Positions 48,231 to 57,510 of a stretch of 64,000 bases of DNA are shown one piece after another. The notes under the pieces are model-generated. The model was not told the origin of the DNA and did not search any database. It saw only the letters and a list, made by a program, of their open reading frames with translations. The stretch spans positions 860 through 64,859 of the forward strand of contig WJMJ01000002.1 of the NCBI GenBank assembly GCA_014728035.1, written 5' to 3'. A program made the translations under genes and the position numbers. The first letter of the stretch is position 1. Each line of letters starts with the position of its first letter. The DNA is from Promethearchaeota archaeon. Its GTDB lineage: Archaea; Asgardarchaeota; Thorarchaeia; Thorarchaeales; Thorarchaeaceae.

Positions 48231-49361
48231 GTGCGCCACCAGCATAAGAAAAGGGGAGTTCATATTCTGGTGAACAAGGGCATGAAGATGCTTTCAAGAT
48301 TGATACCAAAGAATCATTTTTGTTCATTTTTTATCTTTCGAGAAGAACCATTCATTAATTGGGAATATACGAATATTGTTCTGTTTACTGCATTTGATTT
48401 CTATAGAAGCAACAGCTTCTGGATAGATGAGATAATGCGAACAGGAAAGACATTGAAGGAAGGTCTCATTGATCTTGGTTTTCCTAAAAATGTTGACCTC
48501 ATGGCGGATACAGGAATTTTTGAAATAGAAGCAAAAAAAGCGGGTTTTGCAAAGAAGTTGGGGATTGAAGTCGAATTCAAACTAAGCAACGAAGAAGTAT
48601 TCCATGCTTATGAAATATCAGGTGCGGATTTCTTTGTTACACCGGATGAAATAATTCACCCCCTTGATACCAAAGAAACAGTAAAGAGAAAGGTTGCCGC
48701 TATCAAAGAAAACACACTCCAACTTTTGGAAATTGTTCCTTCAAATCAGGTTACCGGAATAATTCAAGGATGCAAGACAAAAACAATAGAATTGCTTTTT
48801 GATTTCTTCAAATCTTGTGGCATCAAATATCTTGCAAGAGGAGGAGCAGTCCCTCTTTACAAATACGATAACCAACATTTTGAAAATATAATGTTCAAAA
48901 CCCGAGAGATAACAAATGAATATTGGCTACACACTTTCGGCCTCCCTCGTGTATCTCTCTTACCTTATTATATTCATACTATGAAATTCGACTCGGTAGA
49001 TACATCGCTGCTCCTATATTTGTCCGCCAGAAAGCAGTATCTTGTAGGAATTAATCCAAGACCCGTACGACTGGTAGATTTTCTATCTTGCGATTGTAAA
49101 GGATGCCAACTTTTACAAGAACTAAAGGTGAAAAGAAATAACTATGGAAAAGAGTTCTTTATAGCATTATATATACACAATATCGTTGAAGCTTCGCAAA
49201 TATCAACTGATAAATCTCGAAAAAAGTCCCAAAAAAAGACAAAAAATAACTCAAGAGAAGAAAAACACAAGTCAGCTTTCATAACTAAGAAATCAGGAGA
49301 ATCTGATTGGATTACTGTGAAACAGTTGATTGAAAAAAAGCATGAGGATAAAGAATTATAG
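48231..49361 (+). CDS. tRNA-guanine transglycosylase-fold (TGT/DpdA-like) protein with a Lys/Ser-rich C-terminal tail
   Basis: Collinear TGT motifs: LMADTGIFE (cf. TDSGGYQ), ADFFVTPDE (cf. FDE), GIIQG, YLARGG, HTFGLPR (cf. MGVGKP), FDSVDTS. Zn site C287-x-C289-x2-C292 ... H316. The tail is KSRKKSQKKTKNNSREEKHK. The true start is uncertain (GTG 48231/48270 or ATG 48282/48288). Confidence 0.7.
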   Translation: MRHQHKKRGVHILVNKGMKMLSRLIPKNHFCSFFIFREEPFINWEYTNIVLFTAFDFYRSNSFWIDEIMRTGKTLKEGLIDLGFPKNVDLMADTGIFEIEAKKAGFAKKLGIEVEFKLSNEEVFHAYEISGADFFVTPDEIIHPLDTKETVKRKVAAIKENTLQLLEIVPSNQVTGIIQGCKTKTIELLFDFFKSCGIKYLARGGAVPLYKYDNQHFENIMFKTREITNEYWLHTFGLPRVSLLPYYIHTMKFDSVDTSLLLYLSARKQYLVGINPRPVRLVDFLSCDCKGCQLLQELKVKRNNYGKEFFIALYIHNIVEASQISTDKSRKKSQKKTKNNSREEKHKSAFITKKSGESDWITVKQLIEKKHEDKEL

Positions 49362-49444
49362 CATTTTTTCCAACGAGAAATAATGGATATAGGAACATAC
49401 CTCACAAATCGAAGATTTGCTAAATTTGATTTCCATTAGAGATT

Positions 49445-49816
49445 CTACTCACGAGACCAAATAAATAATGAAATAATAAACAATGCATCTGCAATTAAAA
49501 CAATAATACCTCCAAGAGTGCTAGCACCAATTACTCCATCAATGAGGGTCAGTATTAATTGAGCAACTGCTCCTGCAGTACCAACAATCGCGAGCACGGA
49601 TCCCAATAATATTGCAATCTTATGTCTAACAAATAAACCGATGACCAACAAGACAGAGAATACTACCAGTTGCAGAACAAAGATGATATTATTTGAAACA
49701 TCTAAACTCACAATCAAACCTCCGATATAGTAAAGTAAAAGTCCGAATATTGGGATTACTCTTAGCATGTCCTTAAAATTGATACCAGTATCAGTTGTAC
49801 TCAAACTTATCACCAT
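49445..49816 (-). CDS. Small polytopic membrane protein (~4 TM)
   Basis: 123-aa ORF that is almost entirely hydrophobic helices. Confidence 0.55.
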   Translation of the reverse strand: MVISLSTTDTGINFKDMLRVIPIFGLLLYYIGGLIVSLDVSNNIIFVLQLVVFSVLLVIGLFVRHKIAILLGSVLAIVGTAGAVAQLILTLIDGVIGASTLGGIIVLIADALFIISLFIWSRE

Positions 49817-49982
49817 TATTCTTGACAGTAGTTATCCTTCTATATTATAAAAACTAGATTTAAACTTGCTCCGAATCAATTCTTAGTAGCTAGTTTCGAA
49901 TATACTTTTGGAAACACTCAGACAGAAGCCTTTATAGGTGACATTGTGAGGCTTCAAATTAGAATATAGGGAGTGCACCAGA

Positions 49983-50372
49983 ATGGTCTTCTTCGAAATA
50001 ATGACAATACCCCTAATTGTAATCGTAGTGCTGTTCGTAATATTTTGGATAGTACAAGAAGGTACAAGATGGCAGAAGCATCCTTATCTAGGCGCCTTTG
50101 CGAGATTCATTCAAAAATCTCCATCAAGAGGATTTTTCACATTTCTCACTTTAACTATTCTAATGGTACCCTCAGTGCTAGGAATTCTAGAAGGAATCTG
50201 GATAGATGGGTTAATCACAGGAAGACAACCTGCAAATACTGCAGTAGTTGTAAACACACTTTTGATTATGTTTCTCCTCTTAGCTGCTATGATACCTGCA
50301 GTTTGGACAAACTTCCGAACTTGGCGTCACTCGGTTAGGAGTGCAGCTGAAGTTAGAGTTCGAACTTCATAA
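49983..50372 (+). CDS. Small membrane protein (~3 TM)
   Basis: 129-aa ORF with hydrophobic segments. Preferred over the overlapping frame 49973..50338, which gives a non-hydrophobic, Arg/Cys/Ser-rich product. Confidence 0.5.
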   Translation: MVFFEIMTIPLIVIVVLFVIFWIVQEGTRWQKHPYLGAFARFIQKSPSRGFFTFLTLTILMVPSVLGILEGIWIDGLITGRQPANTAVVVNTLLIMFLLLAAMIPAVWTNFRTWRHSVRSAAEVRVRTS

Positions 50373-50391
50373 TATTATAGGAAACTGGTGC

Positions 50392-50434
50392 TCTGGCTAG
50401 TTCAGAACGCCAGACCCTAGCTCCTTTTTATTTG
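50392..50434 (+). terminator. Hairpin followed by a T-tract
   Basis: tctggc (50392-50397) pairs with gccaga (50409-50414) around an 11-nt loop, followed by ctcctttttattt. Confidence 0.3.
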
Positions 50435-50456
50435 TTCAAGTATATTAGTAGTTGCT

Positions 50457-51371
50457 ATGACACTAGTCAACCTAGCTGATAATGTTCATATCATTGTCAG
50501 CGGAGAATTCCCATATTGCAACACTTTAGTTATCCTAGATGAAGAACTAGTTGTTATTGATCCTGGCTGCAGATTGGAATCTCTCAGAAAATTGTTGAGT
50601 AATAACAGTTTAGACTTGAAAGATGTTGACACAGTGATTCTTAGCCATATTCATCCAGATCATTTGACTCATGCTATGAGGATTCATAGATTATCAGATT
50701 GCCGACTTGCAGCTAATGTAATTACAGCTCCATTATTCAATGACAAAGAAAAGATGAAACAGTATCTTGGTTTTACTCCTGAACATCCTGTAAGAAAGTC
50801 ATGGGAGCAACTAGTTGATGCAAAGATGTTTGGAGCTCTAGATGATGGAAAAATTGACGAAGAGTTATACGATGGCGATGAAATGGGAGTGGGAAATCTA
50901 ACTCTTCGAATAAATTATACACCAGGTCACTTGCCTGATCATATGTGTATTGAAATTGTAGAAATTAATGCTATATTTGCAGCCGATATTGACTGCACTG
51001 CTTTTGGACCATTCTACGGACACCCGAACTCGTCTATACCAGACTTTCTTAGTTCGATTCGCAATTTGCAGACAACAAATTATGATTACTATATTAGTGG
51101 TCATACCAACAAGCCCATAGTAGAGGATTACAGAAGGGCTTTAGCTGAATACGCTCAAAAAATACAGTATAGAGAAGACATTATTTTCGCATCGATTGCA
51201 AACGGCGCAAAGACAATTATAGACATCATACTCATGCCGGTAATTTATCCCTCTTTAGCTAATACAGTTTTCATGCAGTTTGAGAAATGGATGGTTGAAC
51301 ATCATATCAAATCATTGATTGACCGTGGGCTTGTTGAGGTAATCAATAACGAACTAGTACCAGTTCGTTGA
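50457..51371 (+). CDS. Metallo-beta-lactamase-fold hydrolase
   Basis: HxHxDH motif (LSHIHPDHLTH), later TPGH and GH motifs. Confidence 0.85.
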   Translation: MTLVNLADNVHIIVSGEFPYCNTLVILDEELVVIDPGCRLESLRKLLSNNSLDLKDVDTVILSHIHPDHLTHAMRIHRLSDCRLAANVITAPLFNDKEKMKQYLGFTPEHPVRKSWEQLVDAKMFGALDDGKIDEELYDGDEMGVGNLTLRINYTPGHLPDHMCIEIVEINAIFAADIDCTAFGPFYGHPNSSIPDFLSSIRNLQTTNYDYYISGHTNKPIVEDYRRALAEYAQKIQYREDIIFASIANGAKTIIDIILMPVIYPSLANTVFMQFEKWMVEHHIKSLIDRGLVEVINNELVPVR

Positions 51372-51566
51372 AAAGCGAAGTACATTCATTAATTCAAAGA
51401 CCGGATCAGATTATTCGTTTCTAAATATATGAAATGTCTGTCAATATCAAGAAAAATAGACACGTAGAGAGGCATAATGGCTGTAATTCTAACTGATTCA
51501 TAAAATACAACTGAAATAGATAGGTTAATAAGTTAACTATAGTTACATTATATTTGTGTGGTTGTC

Positions 51567-53654
51567 ATGGCTAATAGTACAGCTAGAGAAGCAAACCGGT
51601 TAAAAGACGAAAAGAGTCCATATCTACAACAACATGCATATAATCCGGTTGATTGGTACCCATGGTCTGATGAGGCTTTTGAAACAGCTAGAAAATTGGA
51701 CAAACCCATCTTTCTTTCGATAGGATACAGCACTTGTCATTGGTGTCATGTGTTTGAACACGAGTCTTTTGAGGATCCAGAAATTGCAGAAATGATGAAT
51801 AAGACTTTCATTAATATCAAGGTGGACAGAGAAGAAAGACCAGATATTGATAAGGTATACATGCAAGTGGCACAAATGATGACAGGAAGAGGTGGATGGC
51901 CACTTACTATCATTATGACTCCACAGAAGGAACCATTTTTTGCAGCCACCTACATACCAAAAGAAGATAGGTATGGCCAGATAGGAATGAGAAAATTGAT
52001 TCCTTCAATTGAAAAGATATGGATGGAACAACGTAACAAAGTGGAAGACATAACAGAGCAAATCTTGGAAAAAATCTCATCGAAGAGAGAACGATCATCA
52101 CAGGAGATTGATAGAAGCGTCCTGAAAGATGCATTCGATACGCTTGCTGAAAGGTATGATTCGAAATACGGAGGTTTTGGAATTGCTCCAAAATTCCCAT
52201 CTCCTCACAATCTATTATTTCTTCTAAGATATTGGAAGAATACGCAAGAAAAATATGCACTATCAATGGTTAAAAAAACACTCACCGAGATGCGATTGGG
52301 TGGCATCTATGATCATATAGGATATGGATTCCATCGATATTCAACCGATAGAGAATGGTTACTCCCACATTTTGAAAAAATGATTTACGACCAAGCTATG
52401 TTAATTATTGCATATACAGAAATATTCCAGATAACTGGAAACGACTTTTATGCAGAAACAGTGAATGAAATAATAGAATATATCAAACGAGAAATGGTAA
52501 GTGAAAAAGGACTTTTCTACACAGCACAAGATGCAGACAGTGAAGGGATTGAAGGGAAATTTTATGTTTGGTCAGAAAAGGAGATTAAACAAATACTGGA
52601 GGAGGATGAAGTCACTCTTGCAAAAGATATATTCAATATCCGAGAGAATGGAAACTTCAATGACGAGGCTACAAAAGAGCCATCTGGAATGAATATCCTT
52701 CATAGAAAATATGATCTTATCGTACACGCAAATAGTTTAGGAATTGATTTACAAGAACTAGAAAAGCGTTTTGAACGAATTCGTAAAAAATTGTATTCCT
52801 TCCGGGAAAAAAGAGTTCATCCAGGAACGGATGACAAGATTCTTGCTGATTTGAACGGTTTGATGATTGCAGCATTAGCTTTCGCAGGGAGAGTATTAAA
52901 TCGACGGGATTATATTGAAATGTCAACGGTAGCAGCAAATGCAATTTTGAAATACATGCTATTTGATGATAAGCTTCATCATAGAATGAAAGATGAGGAG
53001 GCTTCAATTCCGGGTTTTCTGGACGACTATGCTTTTGTTGTGTGGGGTCTTTTAGAAACCTATCAAGCATCTCTAGAACCGAAATTCCTTACCTTTGCAA
53101 AAACAATTAACCAACTCATGTTGGAGTATTTTTGGGATGAAAACGAAGGGGGACTTTTCTTTACAGCAGATCATGCTGAAGATTTATTGACTAGGCAAAA
53201 AGAGATTTACGATGGAGCTATTCCTTCTGGAAATTCTGTTGCGACGTACAACTTGGTTCGACTTTCAAGATTAATAGGTGATGAAACTCTTGAAAACAAA
53301 GCGGCTGAATTGATTCAATTCTTTTCCTCTGACATTGTTGTTAACCCATCAGCTTACACTATGATGCTTTGTGCTATTCAATACCAACTGAGTGAGTCTA
53401 TCGAGTTAGTTATTGCAGGAGATTCAAAGGAAGATCTTTCCAATATGGTAGCGTCGTTCAATAGTCATTATCTCCCAAACGCTGTTCTTATTGCAAGATA
53501 CAAAGAAATAGCAGAAATGATCACAGAGTTAGCACCATTTACAAAATACTATGATTCAGTTCGCGGAATAGCAACTGCTCATGTCTGTATTAATCATAAT
53601 TGTCAGTTACCAACCACGGATGTAAAGAAAATGCTCGAGTTATTGAAGATATAA
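51567..53654 (+). CDS. Thioredoxin-domain protein of the DUF255/YyaL family (N-terminal Trx-like domain + six-hairpin alpha/alpha barrel)
   Basis: [22 protein letters not shown]...[20 protein letters not shown] is the DUF255 signature. ATG 51567 lies within ORF 51558..53654. Confidence 0.88.
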   Translation: MANSTAREANRLKDEKSPYLQQHAYNPVDWYPWSDEAFETARKLDKPIFLSIGYSTCHWCHVFEHESFEDPEIAEMMNKTFINIKVDREERPDIDKVYMQVAQMMTGRGGWPLTIIMTPQKEPFFAATYIPKEDRYGQIGMRKLIPSIEKIWMEQRNKVEDITEQILEKISSKRERSSQEIDRSVLKDAFDTLAERYDSKYGGFGIAPKFPSPHNLLFLLRYWKNTQEKYALSMVKKTLTEMRLGGIYDHIGYGFHRYSTDREWLLPHFEKMIYDQAMLIIAYTEIFQITGNDFYAETVNEIIEYIKREMVSEKGLFYTAQDADSEGIEGKFYVWSEKEIKQILEEDEVTLAKDIFNIRENGNFNDEATKEPSGMNILHRKYDLIVHANSLGIDLQELEKRFERIRKKLYSFREKRVHPGTDDKILADLNGLMIAALAFAGRVLNRRDYIEMSTVAANAILKYMLFDDKLHHRMKDEEASIPGFLDDYAFVVWGLLETYQASLEPKFLTFAKTINQLMLEYFWDENEGGLFFTADHAEDLLTRQKEIYDGAIPSGNSVATYNLVRLSRLIGDETLENKAAELIQFFSSDIVVNPSAYTMMLCAIQYQLSESIELVIAGDSKEDLSNMVASFNSHYLPNAVLIARYKEIAEMITELAPFTKYYDSVRGIATAHVCINHNCQLPTTDVKKMLELLKI

Positions 53655-53746
53655 GAATGGCGTAATACGCTATCCTTATTTTGGGGACCTTTCCCTGAAA
53701 GGTTGAATTGGTCAGCGAATTAGACCATTTTGGAGTTGGCATCAAT

Positions 53747-55885
53747 ATGAACCGAAGCTCAACCAGATTGACATTCAAGATTCTAATTATATCAGCCATT
53801 TTACTTGCACCATTTTCCATATCAGTAATTGGATTGAATGGATCATCTCCAATATCGTACAGTTTTTCCGCTCAAGATATAGACCAGGAAATTTATACAC
53901 CCGCATTCTTAGATTCGGTTCGTATAGTAGAGTATAATTCTATAACTGATGCATTAGACGCATTAGAAAATGGCAATGCCGATATGCTGGGTCATAGAAT
54001 CAATATGTCGGACTACGACCTCGTTGATACATACTCAAATATCCATAAACAATGGGCGTATGAAGACGGATTTTATCTGTTGACGATAAATTGTGAGAAG
54101 AGTCCTCTCTCATCATCCTATTTCAGAAAAGCTATCGCCTATACTGTGAATAAAACCCATATTGCTTCGGATATAATGAATGACACTGTAGTGCAACTCG
54201 ATTACGCTGTCGGCCTAAATAATGAATTTTGTCCGGAGGATGCACTGGGTGGTGAATTTTACGATTCCAGATTTTCAGAAGCATATCAGCAATTGAGTCT
54301 TGCGGGATTATTAGACGTTGATGAAGATGGAATGGTAGAAGATAGTGATGGAAGTGAGTTTCAATTGGAGCTGTTATATCCTACTGATAAACCAGGACTA
54401 TATGATATAGCATCGAATATCTCAGCAGACCTTCTATCAATCGGAATTAACAACACACTAGTTTCGAGTACTTATGATGTAATCCAGAATGACATTTCCA
54501 ATTTCACCACAGATTATGATTTGGCTTTATTCTATCAAGAAATTCCATCATTTGGCTTTGAATGGACAGCAACAACATTTGATAGTGATAATATTGAAAA
54601 ATTTGGAAAGAATATTGCAAGAATATCAGATAATACACTAGATAATTTTGCGTACCAATACACTGATTCAACCCAGAAAAGTTATGCTGATAATATCGGC
54701 CTAAATGCTGCTAATAGAATTCAAGAATTGAATCCAGTAATTCCCCTTTTCTCGTATAAATGGCTTTCAGTTTATACTGATGCAAATCTAGAAGGCTGGA
54801 TTGATGACACATTTGGCGGAGCTTTTGGGCAATGGAATCCAGTTTCCCTTGTATCAAAACCTGGTTCGTCTAATGAATTAATTGTTGCAGTTCTACCTGA
54901 ATATTTTGATACTTTTGTGCCATCATTGAATCCTTTCATAAATGGTTCAGTAATTACACATGAATGGATTACAGGATATTTCTTCAATCCATACATGCTT
55001 ATTTATGACTCTCCGATCTCAACTCTTCCGGATGGGAGACCTGCTATCCGTCATTCTACATCCTGGCTTGTACAATTTGCGGGGCAAGCATCAGAAATAT
55101 TGGCTGGAGAAACAAGAGCAACATATTATTGTGATCCAAATGCGAATTGGACAGACGGAGTTAAAATCACCGCTCAAGACTACAAATTTTCATACGGATA
55201 TTTAGCCTCAAATTCCCTGATTTCTGATTCAGACCGGATTGGAATAGTCAAAGTAATTGGAGACTACGTTGCAGGAATTAATTACGGTAAGCACGAATTA
55301 TTTGTTGAGAGATTCATGGGAGAATTACCAATTCTTCCAAAACATATCTGGGAGGAAAAGAATGTGACAACTTGGGTTCCTTCAGTTGCAGATATGGTTG
55401 GTTCTGGACCATTCAAACTTGAAAGCTATACCAGTGGTTCTGAGATGATACTAACTCGAAATACTGAATATTATCCCGAGCTCGATAATGACGCACCTAC
55501 ACTTGTTACATACAGTCTGAATCCTGAAAGCCCAATCCCAGCTGAAAGTGTGTCAATCAGACTTGTAGTTAATGATCGAAGTCGGATAGAAAATGTGAGT
55601 CTTACATATACATATAGAATTGGAAATTTGAATTTTACAAATGTTATAGAAACTAATAGAGATGCAAGCGGATTTGAAGGACTCATACCAGCTAGAGTAA
55701 CAGCTGATTCAGTTGTTTGGGAAGTAAGGTCATATGATATTTGGGGAAATCATGCTTTACTGATATCAGGTGAATACTCACGTGTTATTGAAGCAACCAC
55801 AAGTGACAATCTTCCAATCGTTATTGCTGCAGGTGGTATTGGTGTTGTTGCAGTATTAGCAATACTATATTTGAAAAAGAAATAG
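53747..55885 (+). CDS. Family-5 extracellular solute-binding protein (peptide/Ni type) with an extra C-terminal domain and a C-terminal TM anchor
   Basis: The likely start is ATG 53747 (MNRSSTRLTFKILIISAILL signal/anchor). SBP_bac_5-like blocks (ALENGNADML, YLLTINCEKSPLSSSYFRKAIAYTVNK, GSGPFKLESYTSGSEMILTRNTEYY). Terminal segment is LPIVIAAGGIGVVAVLAILYLKKK. Confidence 0.75.
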   Translation: MNRSSTRLTFKILIISAILLAPFSISVIGLNGSSPISYSFSAQDIDQEIYTPAFLDSVRIVEYNSITDALDALENGNADMLGHRINMSDYDLVDTYSNIHKQWAYEDGFYLLTINCEKSPLSSSYFRKAIAYTVNKTHIASDIMNDTVVQLDYAVGLNNEFCPEDALGGEFYDSRFSEAYQQLSLAGLLDVDEDGMVEDSDGSEFQLELLYPTDKPGLYDIASNISADLLSIGINNTLVSSTYDVIQNDISNFTTDYDLALFYQEIPSFGFEWTATTFDSDNIEKFGKNIARISDNTLDNFAYQYTDSTQKSYADNIGLNAANRIQELNPVIPLFSYKWLSVYTDANLEGWIDDTFGGAFGQWNPVSLVSKPGSSNELIVAVLPEYFDTFVPSLNPFINGSVITHEWITGYFFNPYMLIYDSPISTLPDGRPAIRHSTSWLVQFAGQASEILAGETRATYYCDPNANWTDGVKITAQDYKFSYGYLASNSLISDSDRIGIVKVIGDYVAGINYGKHELFVERFMGELPILPKHIWEEKNVTTWVPSVADMVGSGPFKLESYTSGSEMILTRNTEYYPELDNDAPTLVTYSLNPESPIPAESVSIRLVVNDRSRIENVSLTYTYRIGNLNFTNVIETNRDASGFEGLIPARVTADSVVWEVRSYDIWGNHALLISGEYSRVIEATTSDNLPIVIAAGGIGVVAVLAILYLKKK

Positions 55886-55889
55886 AGGA

Positions 55890-57383
55890 CTATCTTGAAG
55901 GAGTCCTCTTAATTACAACTATTGTAACAACTCCAATAACAGCAAGAACAACAATCCCAAGAACAATCCATATTCCATAGTCAAACCAAATTCCTGTAGG
56001 CCATCTGGTATTCAGAACATTTCCAGCAGCTAACCAAGCATCGGCAATACCTAGTAAATGGCCAGAGATATCATCCAATTGAGATTCGTACATGGATAAT
56101 GTAGAATCAATATCACCAGAATTGTTGAAATGTTCAGCGATATCAAGGAAGGTTGTCGCAACATAGCCAGTTAATTGTGATAGATTACTTGGATAGATCA
56201 AAGACGAATTATCTGATAGTGCCTCAAAATGAGGATATGCTTCGCTAGCAGCTGAAATAAACGCGGAGGAATTATACCCATCTAGAAGATTTGTAATCGC
56301 TTGATTAGCAGCTTTGAAGGAATACCCTTGAAGTGTTGTCTGTACTTCTAATCCGATTCCAATTGCAGCTAATAGTGATGCCTTGAGTTCGACTTCATTT
56401 TCAGCACCATCAAAAACAGAGAGATAGTCTTTCAAGCCAGCAATTGAAATGTCCTGACTTAATTTTCTGAATCCATCTTCGCCATAATGCCAGAGATAAG
56501 CACTTGGACTATCTGGACTGTATGTGGTTCCGACACCAAGAAGCTTGTCTCGAATCATAGGACCCAGTTTCTCGGTCACATTGATTGTAGAATCTGTAGT
56601 TTCTTTCGGTTTAATCACGTAAGAGATATAGTATCGATCCACCCAAGCAAAATTCAGATCAGAATATGACATTGTGCTGTAGTTACCACGTCCATCTTCA
56701 GGATAGCCATAATTATCGCCAAATGAACCTACTCCTGGGTCGATGAATGTAACAGTCTGTTGTGAATCATCATATCCTACAATGACTAAAGCGTGGGCAC
56801 CACCGCTTAGGCCGTCCTCTCGAAAAGGTTCATAATCTGAGATGTTAATCCACGCAGGATTCACGCTTATTAGCAGTGGATATCCAGAATCAATCGTATC
56901 ACGAAGAAGATTCATCGCATCAACTTGAGTATCGAGGGTACTTACTGAAATCCCATATCGTTCCCAATAGTCTACAGCGTCATTGACCCCTTCAGCATCA
57001 ATAGAGATATACAAAGTGAAATTTAGATTATATAGGTCAGCTGCGAAATCAGTTGGTTCTACCTGTTGATATAGTACACCAGGAAACATAAGAAACGTAT
57101 CGTTATATCGGATATGTGCAAAAGAATAACCAACAGAAGAAGCTGCGAATATACCACCCAAATCCAAGTCAACTCCTGCATATTGAAAGAGGATGGAAGT
57201 TGCAGCCCATGCACAATAGCCATTAAGCTCCTGCCAAACATAAGGAACTCCATCAAGTGTTTTAACTGAAGTTTTGCTGAATACTGTATCAATGGAATCA
57301 GATGCAGACGTAACTCCTAAAATAGGAATAGCGAAAATCGTTGATATGAGTAAACCGATGACTATCAGATTTCTAAGTTTCAA
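55890..57383 (-). CDS. Secreted, C-terminally anchored papain-like (peptidase C39-like) protein
   Basis: Signal peptide. Cys motif YVWQELNGYCAWAATSILFQYAG and His motif GGAHALVIVGYDD. A helical extracytoplasmic domain follows, then a C-terminal TM helix. Confidence 0.65.
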   Translation of the reverse strand: MKLRNLIVIGLLISTIFAIPILGVTSASDSIDTVFSKTSVKTLDGVPYVWQELNGYCAWAATSILFQYAGVDLDLGGIFAASSVGYSFAHIRYNDTFLMFPGVLYQQVEPTDFAADLYNLNFTLYISIDAEGVNDAVDYWERYGISVSTLDTQVDAMNLLRDTIDSGYPLLISVNPAWINISDYEPFREDGLSGGAHALVIVGYDDSQQTVTFIDPGVGSFGDNYGYPEDGRGNYSTMSYSDLNFAWVDRYYISYVIKPKETTDSTINVTEKLGPMIRDKLLGVGTTYSPDSPSAYLWHYGEDGFRKLSQDISIAGLKDYLSVFDGAENEVELKASLLAAIGIGLEVQTTLQGYSFKAANQAITNLLDGYNSSAFISAASEAYPHFEALSDNSSLIYPSNLSQLTGYVATTFLDIAEHFNNSGDIDSTLSMYESQLDDISGHLLGIADAWLAAGNVLNTRWPTGIWFDYGIWIVLGIVVLAVIGVVTIVVIKRTPSR

Positions 57384-57510
57384 ATGTAATCTCCGACAGA
57401 AATGAGTTATCTAAAATCATAAGCTTGTCGATTTAGTACCTATATCTAATAGTCGAAAGAGATAATTTCATTCAATCCTAGAACTAATCATCTAGTAAAG
57501 AAGTGATATC

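Noticed and set aside
48133-48327. 64-aa minus-strand ORF between the membrane protein and the TGT-like gene.
   Set aside because: It overlaps the 5' end of the TGT-like ORF and has no RBS or recognisable features. It is probably spurious, although it makes the TGT-like start uncertain.
49973-50338. 121-aa ORF overlapping 49983..50372 in another frame.
   Set aside because: Its product is Arg/Ser/Cys/Asn-rich with no structure-like pattern. The alternative frame gives clean TM helices, so only one of the two is likely to be real.
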